Below, in pieces: positions 40,601-48,757 of a stretch of DNA of 64,000 nt. The position numbers and the translations under genes were made by a program. A model generated the notes under the pieces. It saw nothing but the letters and a program-made list of their open reading frames with translations. It was not told the DNA's origin and did no database searches. This stretch comes from Myxococcota bacterium (GTDB lineage Bacteria > Myxococcota > XYA12-FULL-58-9 > JABJBS01), in NCBI GenBank assembly GCA_036339465.1, contig JAYZAY010000030.1, forward strand, positions 10,731 to 74,730. Reading direction: 5' to 3'. Numbering within the stretch: position 1 is the first letter of the stretch; each line of letters opens with the position of its first letter.

Positions 40601-43190
40601 GACTCTCCCCACTGGGAGTCGTAATGAATGGAAAACTCTAGCCTTGGTTTCCCAGGGCCAAGGACTTGGGAAGGATAAGCGCAATGGCTCAGAAACTGTT
40701 GATAGTTACTGGTTGTTTGCCCTTGATGTAACTCAGGACGGTGGCGCTGGGACGGAAGCGCCTAAGCCCTTATGGGAATTCACCGATTCTGCAGGTGTTG
40801 TTACCACGTGTGATCCGAATGGTTTGAAACCGGCGAGCTGTACGTCTGATTGCGACATGGATTGCACAAAATCGAAAACATTTATGCAAACCTGCGAGGG
40901 AAGTGCCTGTTCGAAGTACGGTAATGTAGTGATGATGGATGTTTCTATTTCTCCGAACCATACTCTAACCTCCGTACAACGGCTTGAAATGGATATCGCT
41001 AGCGACGCGGATGGGGGCTACGTTGAAATGAGGGTTCCTAATCCGGGAGTTGCGCCGGATTGGTGTGTCAAGGCCAAGAAACCGAAACCGACTTTGAGCA
41101 TCGTCGAAAGCTCCGCCCTGACGCCACCGAAATTGAAGGATGGCTCGACCGTGTTCGAAGCCCCGGTTGTGGAATATAGTTTTGAGGCAGCCCCCAGGGC
41201 AGGGAATCCAAATCATACAGTTTGGTTTTTGTTGGATATTGAGGCCAGTATCAACAATGCGTCAGATTTATGTTACTATCACAGCAATGGCGAACTGCCA
41301 TTTCTTTGGTATTCTATTGATTCCTCCAGTCTCTATGCTGATGACGCTGCGGGTGGAGTGGTTATGTATGAGGTACCGGACCTGAGCACCAGTACCTCTG
41401 GATATATAAGGGTTTGGCTCCGCTCCAAAGTGGAATCCCTATTTGGCAACGGTCTTCATACCTTGCAGGTGTGGCCTTTGAATCCAAGATTCAAGCTTCG
41501 CGCCGTGATGATTTCCGATGATTCCTTAGATGGTCCGGATGCGGGTGGTATCAACGATTTGGCGAAAACAGAAAACGGCACCCCCGCTTGGAAATCGCTT
41601 ACAGAGTGTTCACCAGAATGCACTGTTAGCTGTGTTGAAGGTGCCCCTGACCCAAACAATACTGGTTGTACTGGCAACACCCAAAACTGCGAAGTTCCGA
41701 AATATGTCGACAGCGGCATATATGGACTCGAAGGGGTAAGAACAGAGGACGACACCCTGGGTAACTTCAATTATTGCGAGGAGTCGGTGCGTTCCCCTGC
41801 GGATAGGGTCGAACAGTTTACCGCCTTTGGACAAACCTTCTCAAAACCAGCAGTAGGACCAGTTGAAGTTGGTGGCAGTACGAAGTGGCTTGCTTTTATG
41901 GGAAGTGGCACCAATCGAGGTATTCGGACTGCGACTGCTACGATAGGGCGCTCCATTTATGCGATCGATATTTGTTCTTCTGATGATTGTAAGACGACTC
42001 CTACTAAAATAGGCCAATGGCTGATTCCTGATTTGCCAGAGAAGAGCGAAGAAGAGTCTGTCACGAGTCTTCCCACGATACCAACCGCGTCAATATGTGA
42101 AACAGGAGATGGCAATCAATGTCAGATTACCAATTACCGGATAGGGACAGGTTTGAGTACGGGCAAGGTCAATATTGAAAATGCTGTCCCGGGCGCACCT
42201 TCTCTGGTGGATGTTGATGGTGACGGCATCGTAGACAGGGCCTATTTCGGAGACCTCGAGGGGCGTTTGTGGCGATTAAAGTTCGATCCCACAGCGACCT
42301 GGGCAACTTTTGGTGCGAAGTCACAGCTCTGTGTGATCTTTGATGCAGGGGATCACGACGGTGACTGTTATTCAAACGGTGTATACAATGGCAATTTAGA
42401 CACTTGTGCGAGAAATTGGGCGCCCATTGTAACTCGGCCAGCTGTGGCGGTGATTGAGCGCAGTAAGCCCAATGTTTATTTTGGGACAGGTGCAGATGAT
42501 AGGGCACCTGACGAACCGGTGCTTTACCGATTTTATTCGGTTCAAGACAACGAAAAGATCGTGTCTGGAAGTGACTGTCCCCGTGTAAAAACCACCAAAG
42601 ATTTGAGGTTTTCGAAACCAGAGTATGAATGGGTGGTTGGGGATGGTTTTGAGAATACCTACCCTCTTCGCCCATTGAAATGTGAGTTGTCCGAAGGGGC
42701 GGGTGGGGAACGGTATTGGTCAGACCCTGTTATATTGGATAACGCACAAATATTTTTTGCTTCTCTTTATGGTGACATAGACACCGTGGATCCCTTTTCG
42801 AGTGCTCAAGTTAGTCCGGATCGGACTGAGAGCAGGGCTTGCAGTCCAAACGAATTAGCCGGTGGAGCGTCTGCCATTTATGGCTATGCAACGAGACCTC
42901 TCAGTTTAGCTGGTGGCCGAAGGGTAAAAGCAGGCGAGTCATTATTCGACGAGTCCTACTATGCGACGGGGGCAAAAATACGAAAGCAGATTACGATTTT
43001 GGGAGAGACTGCGGGCGGTTCCGGTTGGGCATCGAATCAATCGAGAAAAGTGGTGGGAGCGAAGACTCTTCTTTTCCAGCGGTTCTCCAAGGCTGAAAGT
43101 AATCAAGCCCCTCTGATTCAGACGGCGGCAACCAGTAGTGTGGAAAGTAAGATTTGTTTAGAGCAATGGCGCGAAGTACCTCTTGATTAA
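37668..43190 (+). CDS. pilY1: PilY1/PilC-like pilus adhesin (about 1840 aa)
   Basis: Signal peptide; FG-GAP-like repeats; PilY1 propeller motifs YLGTNGG, WAYVP, YFIDG, FALDVT, PLWEF, T.SKP, DVDGDGIVDRAYFGDLEGRLWR, YFGTG; ends QWREV. Confidence 0.9.
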   Translation: MKESQRRKYYILALSLATLGGAEAFAGYTTLTVADLTFENEFFRHIAPEVECPWLDASVQQCDNSFGWGHGELTLPRVADPTSEGDYNRFSTEWRGTITDLAPGNFVSSIWAASGDSTSPTINQPKPRQLLLVLTKEINEVAGGNNCGLLIQVANNLGFGTANRFMGVQRHKGWQGNQTECLIETSTSSSAPACEAMASSEWSSFSEANPNFTCNHIDSYRYALDVGDFNGDGYEDFVYLRSGQNGQLDSHSRFIVGENVTSGSCNAGQELSLSTVKEINKDTSGNEIEEFGSNRSLCVKQLSTSDWLQAQLPSSACWQIPMNGDTAVSGDLQNTGGQDEFVLGVSGCDSNIGSNAILVYKDLLDSSTRSTYNILFSDHGFQAVALETGSIEMSPNLLTCEAGSVAAASYAYVSVAANGVTDSPSNVLKKLDISEGSSGTMVTVPLTGLGETESIDRLVYRDLTGNNEGDFIVATSNSSDSIARVRVSSTDDGGNYKVEGIEATFPERVSFMASLDMDGDPENLMDFMVGRNFGWGARYYYAINRRSNLYHTEGFVVSRDLLAGNNANGKLVVDLSLSPTFDNSGGPLAELDIYISNNGSDWQTYFQCTGIACAYDAITTSLAGKRESFQSFGKGVFVGIRMKGISTTTLGTQEQALTEKYATAEKELTKNSPILRNIQVTPRVVDSAVFSRSALAQRVSGNDFWVYSSFFNFPCFEGGLKAYKMSERVTSAGVDPNQACGNSEEFDCGWTSGAVSGWFDNDSGEPTWSAVISASSGSGIAGLKELVASDAAVRTEVLGNSATQSTVSTLLTRLKSGYKDLTSGNNSTAESCLEKPPMGDGDWTIRDPGHQSPLVVAGNYAKSASGVELEIPYYIDKLYPTLKSSYISHQENLKNNPRVYLGTNGGAIYSFDAALGGEPKWAYVPENLLSKLQEQTADYHKQCSANFDNSTGKLTLADGPIETRYRHQYFIDGNITQVTLPTGSRNEWKTLALVSQGQGLGKDKRNGSETVDSYWLFALDVTQDGGAGTEAPKPLWEFTDSAGVVTTCDPNGLKPASCTSDCDMDCTKSKTFMQTCEGSACSKYGNVVMMDVSISPNHTLTSVQRLEMDIASDADGGYVEMRVPNPGVAPDWCVKAKKPKPTLSIVESSALTPPKLKDGSTVFEAPVVEYSFEAAPRAGNPNHTVWFLLDIEASINNASDLCYYHSNGELPFLWYSIDSSSLYADDAAGGVVMYEVPDLSTSTSGYIRVWLRSKVESLFGNGLHTLQVWPLNPRFKLRAVMISDDSLDGPDAGGINDLAKTENGTPAWKSLTECSPECTVSCVEGAPDPNNTGCTGNTQNCEVPKYVDSGIYGLEGVRTEDDTLGNFNYCEESVRSPADRVEQFTAFGQTFSKPAVGPVEVGGSTKWLAFMGSGTNRGIRTATATIGRSIYAIDICSSDDCKTTPTKIGQWLIPDLPEKSEEESVTSLPTIPTASICETGDGNQCQITNYRIGTGLSTGKVNIENAVPGAPSLVDVDGDGIVDRAYFGDLEGRLWRLKFDPTATWATFGAKSQLCVIFDAGDHDGDCYSNGVYNGNLDTCARNWAPIVTRPAVAVIERSKPNVYFGTGADDRAPDEPVLYRFYSVQDNEKIVSGSDCPRVKTTKDLRFSKPEYEWVVGDGFENTYPLRPLKCELSEGAGGERYWSDPVILDNAQIFFASLYGDIDTVDPFSSAQVSPDRTESRACSPNELAGGASAIYGYATRPLSLAGGRRVKAGESLFDESYYATGAKIRKQITILGETAGGSGWASNQSRKVVGAKTLLFQRFSKAESNQAPLIQTAATSSVESKICLEQWREVPLD

Positions 43191-43208
43191 TTGAAACGAA
43201 AGAATTGA

Positions 43209-43778
43209 GTGATGGCCCCTAGAGAGAGAATTCAAAAGGAATCCGGTTTTACCCTTGTTGAGGTGATGACGGTCCTTGGGATCGTCGCCATATTATCAGC
43301 TTTAGCGTACCCTAATTTCATGAAAAGCCGCCAAAAGAGTGTTGCCAGGTCCATTACATATAATTTCTATAATGCTCTCCAGTCAGCGAAGGCGGAAGCA
43401 ATGAAGAAGGGACTCTCGGTGGGAGTCGAGGTGAATTCCGCGAATCGTGAGGTGGTTTCATTTATTAATGATGGTACGGATTTAGCGTTTGATGAAGCGG
43501 AAGACATCGTTTTAGCTCGGTTTTGGTACCAGGCTGACTACGGGTTTTCCTATTTCTCTAATGCCACTACCTGGACAACAGCTTCTCAAGAGCTCCGGGT
43601 TTTTTTCAATTCAAAGGGTGAGGCGGCCGTTGATTTGGGGAATGGGAAAAACTCTATCTGTGATTTAGGAGGTGGCGAGGCGTTGTTTCGTGTTGGAAGT
43701 GATAATGGTACCTCTGCCGGCCAATCCTTTTGGTATGAGATGGTGGTTACATGTATGGGAACCGCGCGAATAAAATAG
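43209..43778 (+). CDS. fimU: FimU/FimT (GspH-like) minor pilin
   Basis: SG|FTLVEVM, AYP, LQSAKAEAMK, FNSKG, C-terminal G.ARIK. Confidence 0.82.
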   Translation: MMAPRERIQKESGFTLVEVMTVLGIVAILSALAYPNFMKSRQKSVARSITYNFYNALQSAKAEAMKKGLSVGVEVNSANREVVSFINDGTDLAFDEAEDIVLARFWYQADYGFSYFSNATTWTTASQELRVFFNSKGEAAVDLGNGKNSICDLGGGEALFRVGSDNGTSAGQSFWYEMVVTCMGTARIK

Positions 43779-43834
43779 GAGGGGTGTCAATCGTCTTTTG
43801 CTCGAGTTACTGGATCTTGAGTAGAATAAGCATC

Positions 43835-45532
43835 ATGAGCGATTCTCAATTATATCGTTTGTTGAAGTTCCGAGCCAGTGTCATTTGTTGGATCCCAATG
43901 CTCCTATGTTTAGGCTCTGTCTCGGCTTATGCAGCACAAAAAGCAAAAATTGCAGTGATCACCATCCCTAAAAAAAATGCGGGTAGCAGTGTATCCCTGT
44001 TTTCTGGAGGTCTTAGAAAGAGACTGGGTAATGATTTCCGCTTTGTTAGTGAGACGAACGTTTTGGAGGCGTATCAGGGGCTTGGTGATAAGGATGAGGT
44101 TGCGCGTGCGAGCAAGGTGCTGGTGGCTTGGAGCCTCAACGGTCTTGTGATTATCGAACCTTCGGTGCGGACAGTTAGGCGTGGAAGAAGGGGCGCAAAA
44201 CGAATCACAACCATTAATTTGATGGTATTTGGGGGCAGTCCCGCTAAGAGTCTTTTACAAGATAAGTTTAGATTGATGGCAGGTAGCCTAGAGGATTCTA
44301 CGTTGAGCTCGAAAGCTCAAGCTATCAAGGCTTTGATTATTCGGTCTCGGGAGAACCAAAATAGGTCGGAGTCCAAGTGGGGTGTTTCTGCACCTGCTAT
44401 CCTTAAGAAACAGGAGTCTGATGTAGTTGAAATAGCTAGAAGCAAAGAGAGTGCTAATAAGATGGCTCGAGAAGTCTCGGAGGTGATTTGGGACTCGGCA
44501 ACCCAGAACAACAATGAAAAATCACAAGCTGGCAGGGTGTCGGAGGCGGATCCATTAGAAGGTAGAGTGGGCTCACAAGGGATTTCTGACAGTAGGAGTG
44601 TTCGTTCGCAACGTCGGGGCGAAGAGAGCAATCGTCAACTTGTTGGTTTTTGGACACCCAAGTCAGCTAAGACTGAAGTGAGCGAACCGGTAGAAAAAAA
44701 AGAAAACGAGTCAGCGACGACTGGCACGCAGAGTCTCTACCGAAAAAAAGAGGTGGAGGGGGCGACTAAAGGGTTCTATTTGGGGCTGTCCCTCTCGTCT
44801 TTAGGCCGAAAGACGGACTTATCAGGAGAAGTGAAGGGTATTTCGCGAGGTCTGTTGAGTCTTAATCGAGATGGTGGCTTGGCGACATTTTCTCCAGGAT
44901 TGGCTCTTACATTGGACCTTTTACCAAGCGCTTTTTTTTCGGGGCAGGAAAGGCGACTAGAGCCCCTTCGACTCCACTTCGGGTTGGAAGCTCATTGGCA
45001 AATGACGTGCGTTGTGAGTAGCAACTCTGCATGTGGGGATACGGGTACTACCGGCGTACTGTCCCACTCATTTTCGGTTTTGTATGAGTTTGAGGTCTTG
45101 CGTAACCGGTCTCTGCTCTTGACTCCGTGGTTGGGATATTTTGGTTCTCACTATCCCCTGCCGGAGAATATTTTTCCAGATACAAACTATGTTGGTGGAA
45201 GTGTGGGGCTGTCTATTGGTTCCGAGTTAACCGAAATGATTTCGATAGATTCGTATCTGGAATTTCTCTTTCCAGTTGTCATATCGGGCAGATTGAAGAC
45301 GATTACAAACACGGTAGCGTCTAGTGGGAATGGTCTAGGGATTGGATTTTCGCTGGGAATTAAAATGCCGGAGGTCTTGGGGGTGCCTGGGACTTTCAAT
45401 GTTGGCTTGGAGCATAGGAGTATTAAGCTTGCCACGGAAAGTGATATTGTGGTGGGAGAAACTTCCGTAAAGGAAGCGACAATTTTGGAACGCCATCTTC
45501 GGGTTCATATGGGGTTAATCAGGGAGTTTTAA
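43835..45532 (+). CDS. Hypothetical exported protein, probable C-terminal outer-membrane beta-barrel
   Basis: Signal peptide (..SAYA|AQ), basic N-domain, S/E/K-rich linker, alternating amphipathic strands, terminal Phe (..GLIREF). Confidence 0.6.
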   Translation: MSDSQLYRLLKFRASVICWIPMLLCLGSVSAYAAQKAKIAVITIPKKNAGSSVSLFSGGLRKRLGNDFRFVSETNVLEAYQGLGDKDEVARASKVLVAWSLNGLVIIEPSVRTVRRGRRGAKRITTINLMVFGGSPAKSLLQDKFRLMAGSLEDSTLSSKAQAIKALIIRSRENQNRSESKWGVSAPAILKKQESDVVEIARSKESANKMAREVSEVIWDSATQNNNEKSQAGRVSEADPLEGRVGSQGISDSRSVRSQRRGEESNRQLVGFWTPKSAKTEVSEPVEKKENESATTGTQSLYRKKEVEGATKGFYLGLSLSSLGRKTDLSGEVKGISRGLLSLNRDGGLATFSPGLALTLDLLPSAFFSGQERRLEPLRLHFGLEAHWQMTCVVSSNSACGDTGTTGVLSHSFSVLYEFEVLRNRSLLLTPWLGYFGSHYPLPENIFPDTNYVGGSVGLSIGSELTEMISIDSYLEFLFPVVISGRLKTITNTVASSGNGLGIGFSLGIKMPEVLGVPGTFNVGLEHRSIKLATESDIVVGETSVKEATILERHLRVHMGLIREF

Positions 45533-45717
45533 CCCCTAACCCAGCATTTTTGTTAGTGTTGGCGCTTCAGTTTTTCTGGGCCAGCTGTGGGCTACGCTTA
45601 AAGTTATGATAAGATAGAGTTGAAGCGATTTTCTTGGTGATAGGGCTCTCTCTTCGTGCCGGTTTAGAGTAGCCAATGAGGGCATGAACCTTGTAGATCC
45701 AGTCAGGAGAAAGACCA

Positions 45718-46401
45718 ATGGTAACAAAAGGTGTGGATGGCGGTGTTGATCCGCGAATTATTAATCAGGGATTGCAAAAGCAAACAACTCAGGAGGCAAA
45801 GAAATCAGACAAACTTTCTGGGGCTGATGCCGCTCGAATTGCAGAGCAGGCCGGATTTCAAAAAGAAAAGAAAAAACGAGGACTTAACCTCGGAGACTCC
45901 TCCCAAGCTCCCATCCCGTTACCAGAGGATGAAGTCAATCTGGAATTATGGGATCAAAGGCGCTTAGAGGCCCTTCACGAGTCCCTAGGCAACATTGGTT
46001 CCGAGCTCGGAGAGGCTAAGGCAGGTGAATCCGATGAGATAGGTGGCGCCATTTTAGAGGGGGTATTTTTGCCTACAGAAGCTTCGAATCAGAAACTTGA
46101 GAAAATAACGGCCAGAGTCAAGGAGCGCCAGGATTTTTCTATGGATGATGAAGCTGTGAGTGCAAGTCTAGGGGCAATGGGAATTGAGGTAAAAGATGCT
46201 GGGGCGGGTGAAAACTTACTTCGCGCCGGCCTTTTGGTATCGGGACAAGCAGATAAAGCGTCACTTTCAGGTAATGAGTTGCTGAACGCCGCTCGGCAGG
46301 TTGTTGAAGACGCTAATGGCGCTGTTGGTCAGGCCCAGAAAATGAATAAAGGTATTGATTTACAACTTAATATGAATCGAACTTTTATGTTTAATCGCTA
46401 G
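45718..46401 (+). CDS. Hypothetical protein (227 aa), candidate T3S substrate
   Basis: AGGAGA RBS, long ORF, no Sec signal, polar N-terminus; next to a SycD-type chaperone. Function inferred. Confidence 0.8.
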   Translation: MVTKGVDGGVDPRIINQGLQKQTTQEAKKSDKLSGADAARIAEQAGFQKEKKKRGLNLGDSSQAPIPLPEDEVNLELWDQRRLEALHESLGNIGSELGEAKAGESDEIGGAILEGVFLPTEASNQKLEKITARVKERQDFSMDDEAVSASLGAMGIEVKDAGAGENLLRAGLLVSGQADKASLSGNELLNAARQVVEDANGAVGQAQKMNKGIDLQLNMNRTFMFNR

Positions 46402-46436
46402 TACTGATTGAGTCTATTATTTGAAGTGAGGAAGTT

Positions 46437-48740
46437 ATGGCGGTTGAAAAAGTTGATGCAAATCTCCCTCGGATGACCCCGGTGGGGCAGGAGTCCGCTC
46501 AGGAAGTTGCCCAAGAGGCATCAGCGGATGACGCGAAGCGGCGTAAACAAGTTAAGAAAGAAGTAGGAAAGGCCCAAACCCAGGAACTTGAAGTCTACGA
46601 AGAAACCTTCAACCGAACTGAGTCAAAATCCCAACGGAAACTACAAAATGTGCTCGGTAAAAGTGCCCCAGAGACACAGCAGGCCCTTAATACGCTCAAT
46701 CAGCTTCAGGGCAATAGGAAGCTGAATAATGCCCAGCGTCAGCTCTTTGAAAATGCCTTGACCAAGAATCCTGAGAAAGCCGCAAAGAGTGTGCAGGTTT
46801 TTGAGCGATTGTCGCAAACCGAAGGCTTTAATACCGCAGTGACGGACCGAGCCATGGTCACCACTTTGGCACAGGAAGTGATTGAAGAGCCCTCAATTGA
46901 AGAGGCAGCAAATGAGCTTTTTGAGCAGTCGTTTCTGCGTGAGAAGAAAAACGATAGCAAAACCCAAAAGGACGCGTTTAAGCATTATCTCAGTCAATTT
47001 AAGAAAGGTGGGACGGAAAAACTCGGTATGAAAGCCGAGTTTGATATGCTCCAATCGGTGAGTCAGTCAGGGGTATCGAAGGAGGCAGTTAGGGCTTCTT
47101 ATGAGGTAGCGAGAAGCCCCAGTGGTGGGGAGAGTGGGCTCGAAAACATTGACTCCTTTGTGAAGTCGGTAGCACCGAAGCTAACGAAACCAGTTGCAAG
47201 TGAAGGTGTTATTACTCTTTCCAAGGCGCGGGGTGATGGAGAAGTAAAAGCATCGCTTAATTCGATGGCAGATAACGCAACTTTTCAGAAGCAGTCGCCA
47301 TCTGTGCAGGTCACGGCCTTTAAGAATTCATCAATAGGCAAAACGACCAGCGATATTCGGGCTATGACCGACCTAAATCTAAAGGTTATGCAGAATGGCA
47401 ATTTGCCGGACCAGCAATCGCAAGTGAAAAACCTCCTCAACCGTGTGGCGGATAAAGCAAGAAAAGAGGGGGCGAGTCAGGTTGACGTAGGCGCGGAAGT
47501 TAAGCGAGCTAAGCGGGAGAGTCCCTTGGAGGGATTGGACGGTCCACTTGATTTGGAATCAACTGAAGGTTTATCTGAAGAGCAAGCGAGACGCGTTCGC
47601 TCCCGAAACCGAGCGAAGATCATTAGTCGATACCAGGCTATTCAAGGGAAGTTGGATGGCCTCAAAAAGAATGTTGGAAAAGCGAAGTGTCGGGAGGATA
47701 TTTCTGAAGCTTCAACCGATCACCGAAAGCTGAAAAACCTTAAAACAGTTTTGGAAGGCCATCACTTGGAAATGACCGAGCCCGATGATCTTGCCTTGGT
47801 AGAAGGTAAGCAGCAAAAGCTTTTAGGGGATTATGAGGCCCTTGGAAAAGAGATACGTAAGAAGAATAGAAGCTTAAAAGGGTCGAAGCGCCGAAGACAA
47901 TCTTCGCGTGCTGCGGGGACAGAGACCAAGACGGCTAAACAAGGTAAAGCATATTTTAAGGCGAATGCTTCCGAAACGAACCAACTTAAGGCATTCATGA
48001 GCGGCGCCCCAGTTTCAGGAGGGTCGGGTGGTGAGACTGGCCCAGCTTTTCGCGGAGAGGCAGATATTGCCTCACAAGTAGCTGAAGCAATGGCCAAGTT
48101 GAAAGGGGGGCCTGTGACTCAAGAGGTCGCCTCACAAGTCGCCACGGCGATTGCGTCAAAGGTGGCTGAGCAAGTTGCTGGAGAAGTGGCACGACAATTG
48201 ATGGAGGGAGCCGCACCGACGGGCGCTCGGCAATCAAAGCCGGAACCGGATTCGGCCTCAAAGTCAACGGTTCAGGGGAAAACAAATGACTGGGGGATGC
48301 CCCTGGGCGGCGGACAAAAGGATTTAGGTGGAGGCCGTCCTGGTGGCACGGAGCAGAAGTCATTCCAAGAGGCCTGGGAGCATCCCGCCGCGACTGACCG
48401 AGCTGTCGCAAACACCCTGCCGGTTTCCGGTAAGAGCTGGGTTGACCCCAGTGATCCACCGCGCTCACTGATGGGGATCATGGATTGTAGTTGGAAAGCT
48501 CTAAAACCCGCTGAACGTCAGATGCTGCGGATGCTGGGATGGGAACTCCAGCGGTGGAATGCCCGTGAAAGTGTTGATTGGCCTCCTGCGATGAAGACTC
48601 AATGGGAAGATCTCTCCGAGAATGAGCAGCAGGCTGTTGGTCAGCTTGGGGTTAGTCGTTCCGATTGGAACATGCGGGCTCGAAGTCTAGAGTCGGCAGG
48701 CAAGAAAATTGGTGCGATGTCCATGGGGCGGAATGCTTAG
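46437..48740 (+). CDS. Hypothetical helical/coiled-coil protein (767 aa), candidate T3S substrate
   Basis: GAGG RBS, long ORF, no Sec signal; internal PKLTKP, basic patch, tetrad repeat, C-terminal duplicated W..L...E.Q....LG.....WN motif. Confidence 0.85.
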   Translation: MAVEKVDANLPRMTPVGQESAQEVAQEASADDAKRRKQVKKEVGKAQTQELEVYEETFNRTESKSQRKLQNVLGKSAPETQQALNTLNQLQGNRKLNNAQRQLFENALTKNPEKAAKSVQVFERLSQTEGFNTAVTDRAMVTTLAQEVIEEPSIEEAANELFEQSFLREKKNDSKTQKDAFKHYLSQFKKGGTEKLGMKAEFDMLQSVSQSGVSKEAVRASYEVARSPSGGESGLENIDSFVKSVAPKLTKPVASEGVITLSKARGDGEVKASLNSMADNATFQKQSPSVQVTAFKNSSIGKTTSDIRAMTDLNLKVMQNGNLPDQQSQVKNLLNRVADKARKEGASQVDVGAEVKRAKRESPLEGLDGPLDLESTEGLSEEQARRVRSRNRAKIISRYQAIQGKLDGLKKNVGKAKCREDISEASTDHRKLKNLKTVLEGHHLEMTEPDDLALVEGKQQKLLGDYEALGKEIRKKNRSLKGSKRRRQSSRAAGTETKTAKQGKAYFKANASETNQLKAFMSGAPVSGGSGGETGPAFRGEADIASQVAEAMAKLKGGPVTQEVASQVATAIASKVAEQVAGEVARQLMEGAAPTGARQSKPEPDSASKSTVQGKTNDWGMPLGGGQKDLGGGRPGGTEQKSFQEAWEHPAATDRAVANTLPVSGKSWVDPSDPPRSLMGIMDCSWKALKPAERQMLRMLGWELQRWNARESVDWPPAMKTQWEDLSENEQQAVGQLGVSRSDWNMRARSLESAGKKIGAMSMGRNA

Positions 48741-48757
48741 GGCGCAGAAATCTTGAA

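Noticed and set aside
45680..45695. sigma54-like GGGCATGAACCTTGTA upstream of the 227-aa gene
   Set aside because: Both elements deviate from consensus and the predicted start site would fall on the RBS.
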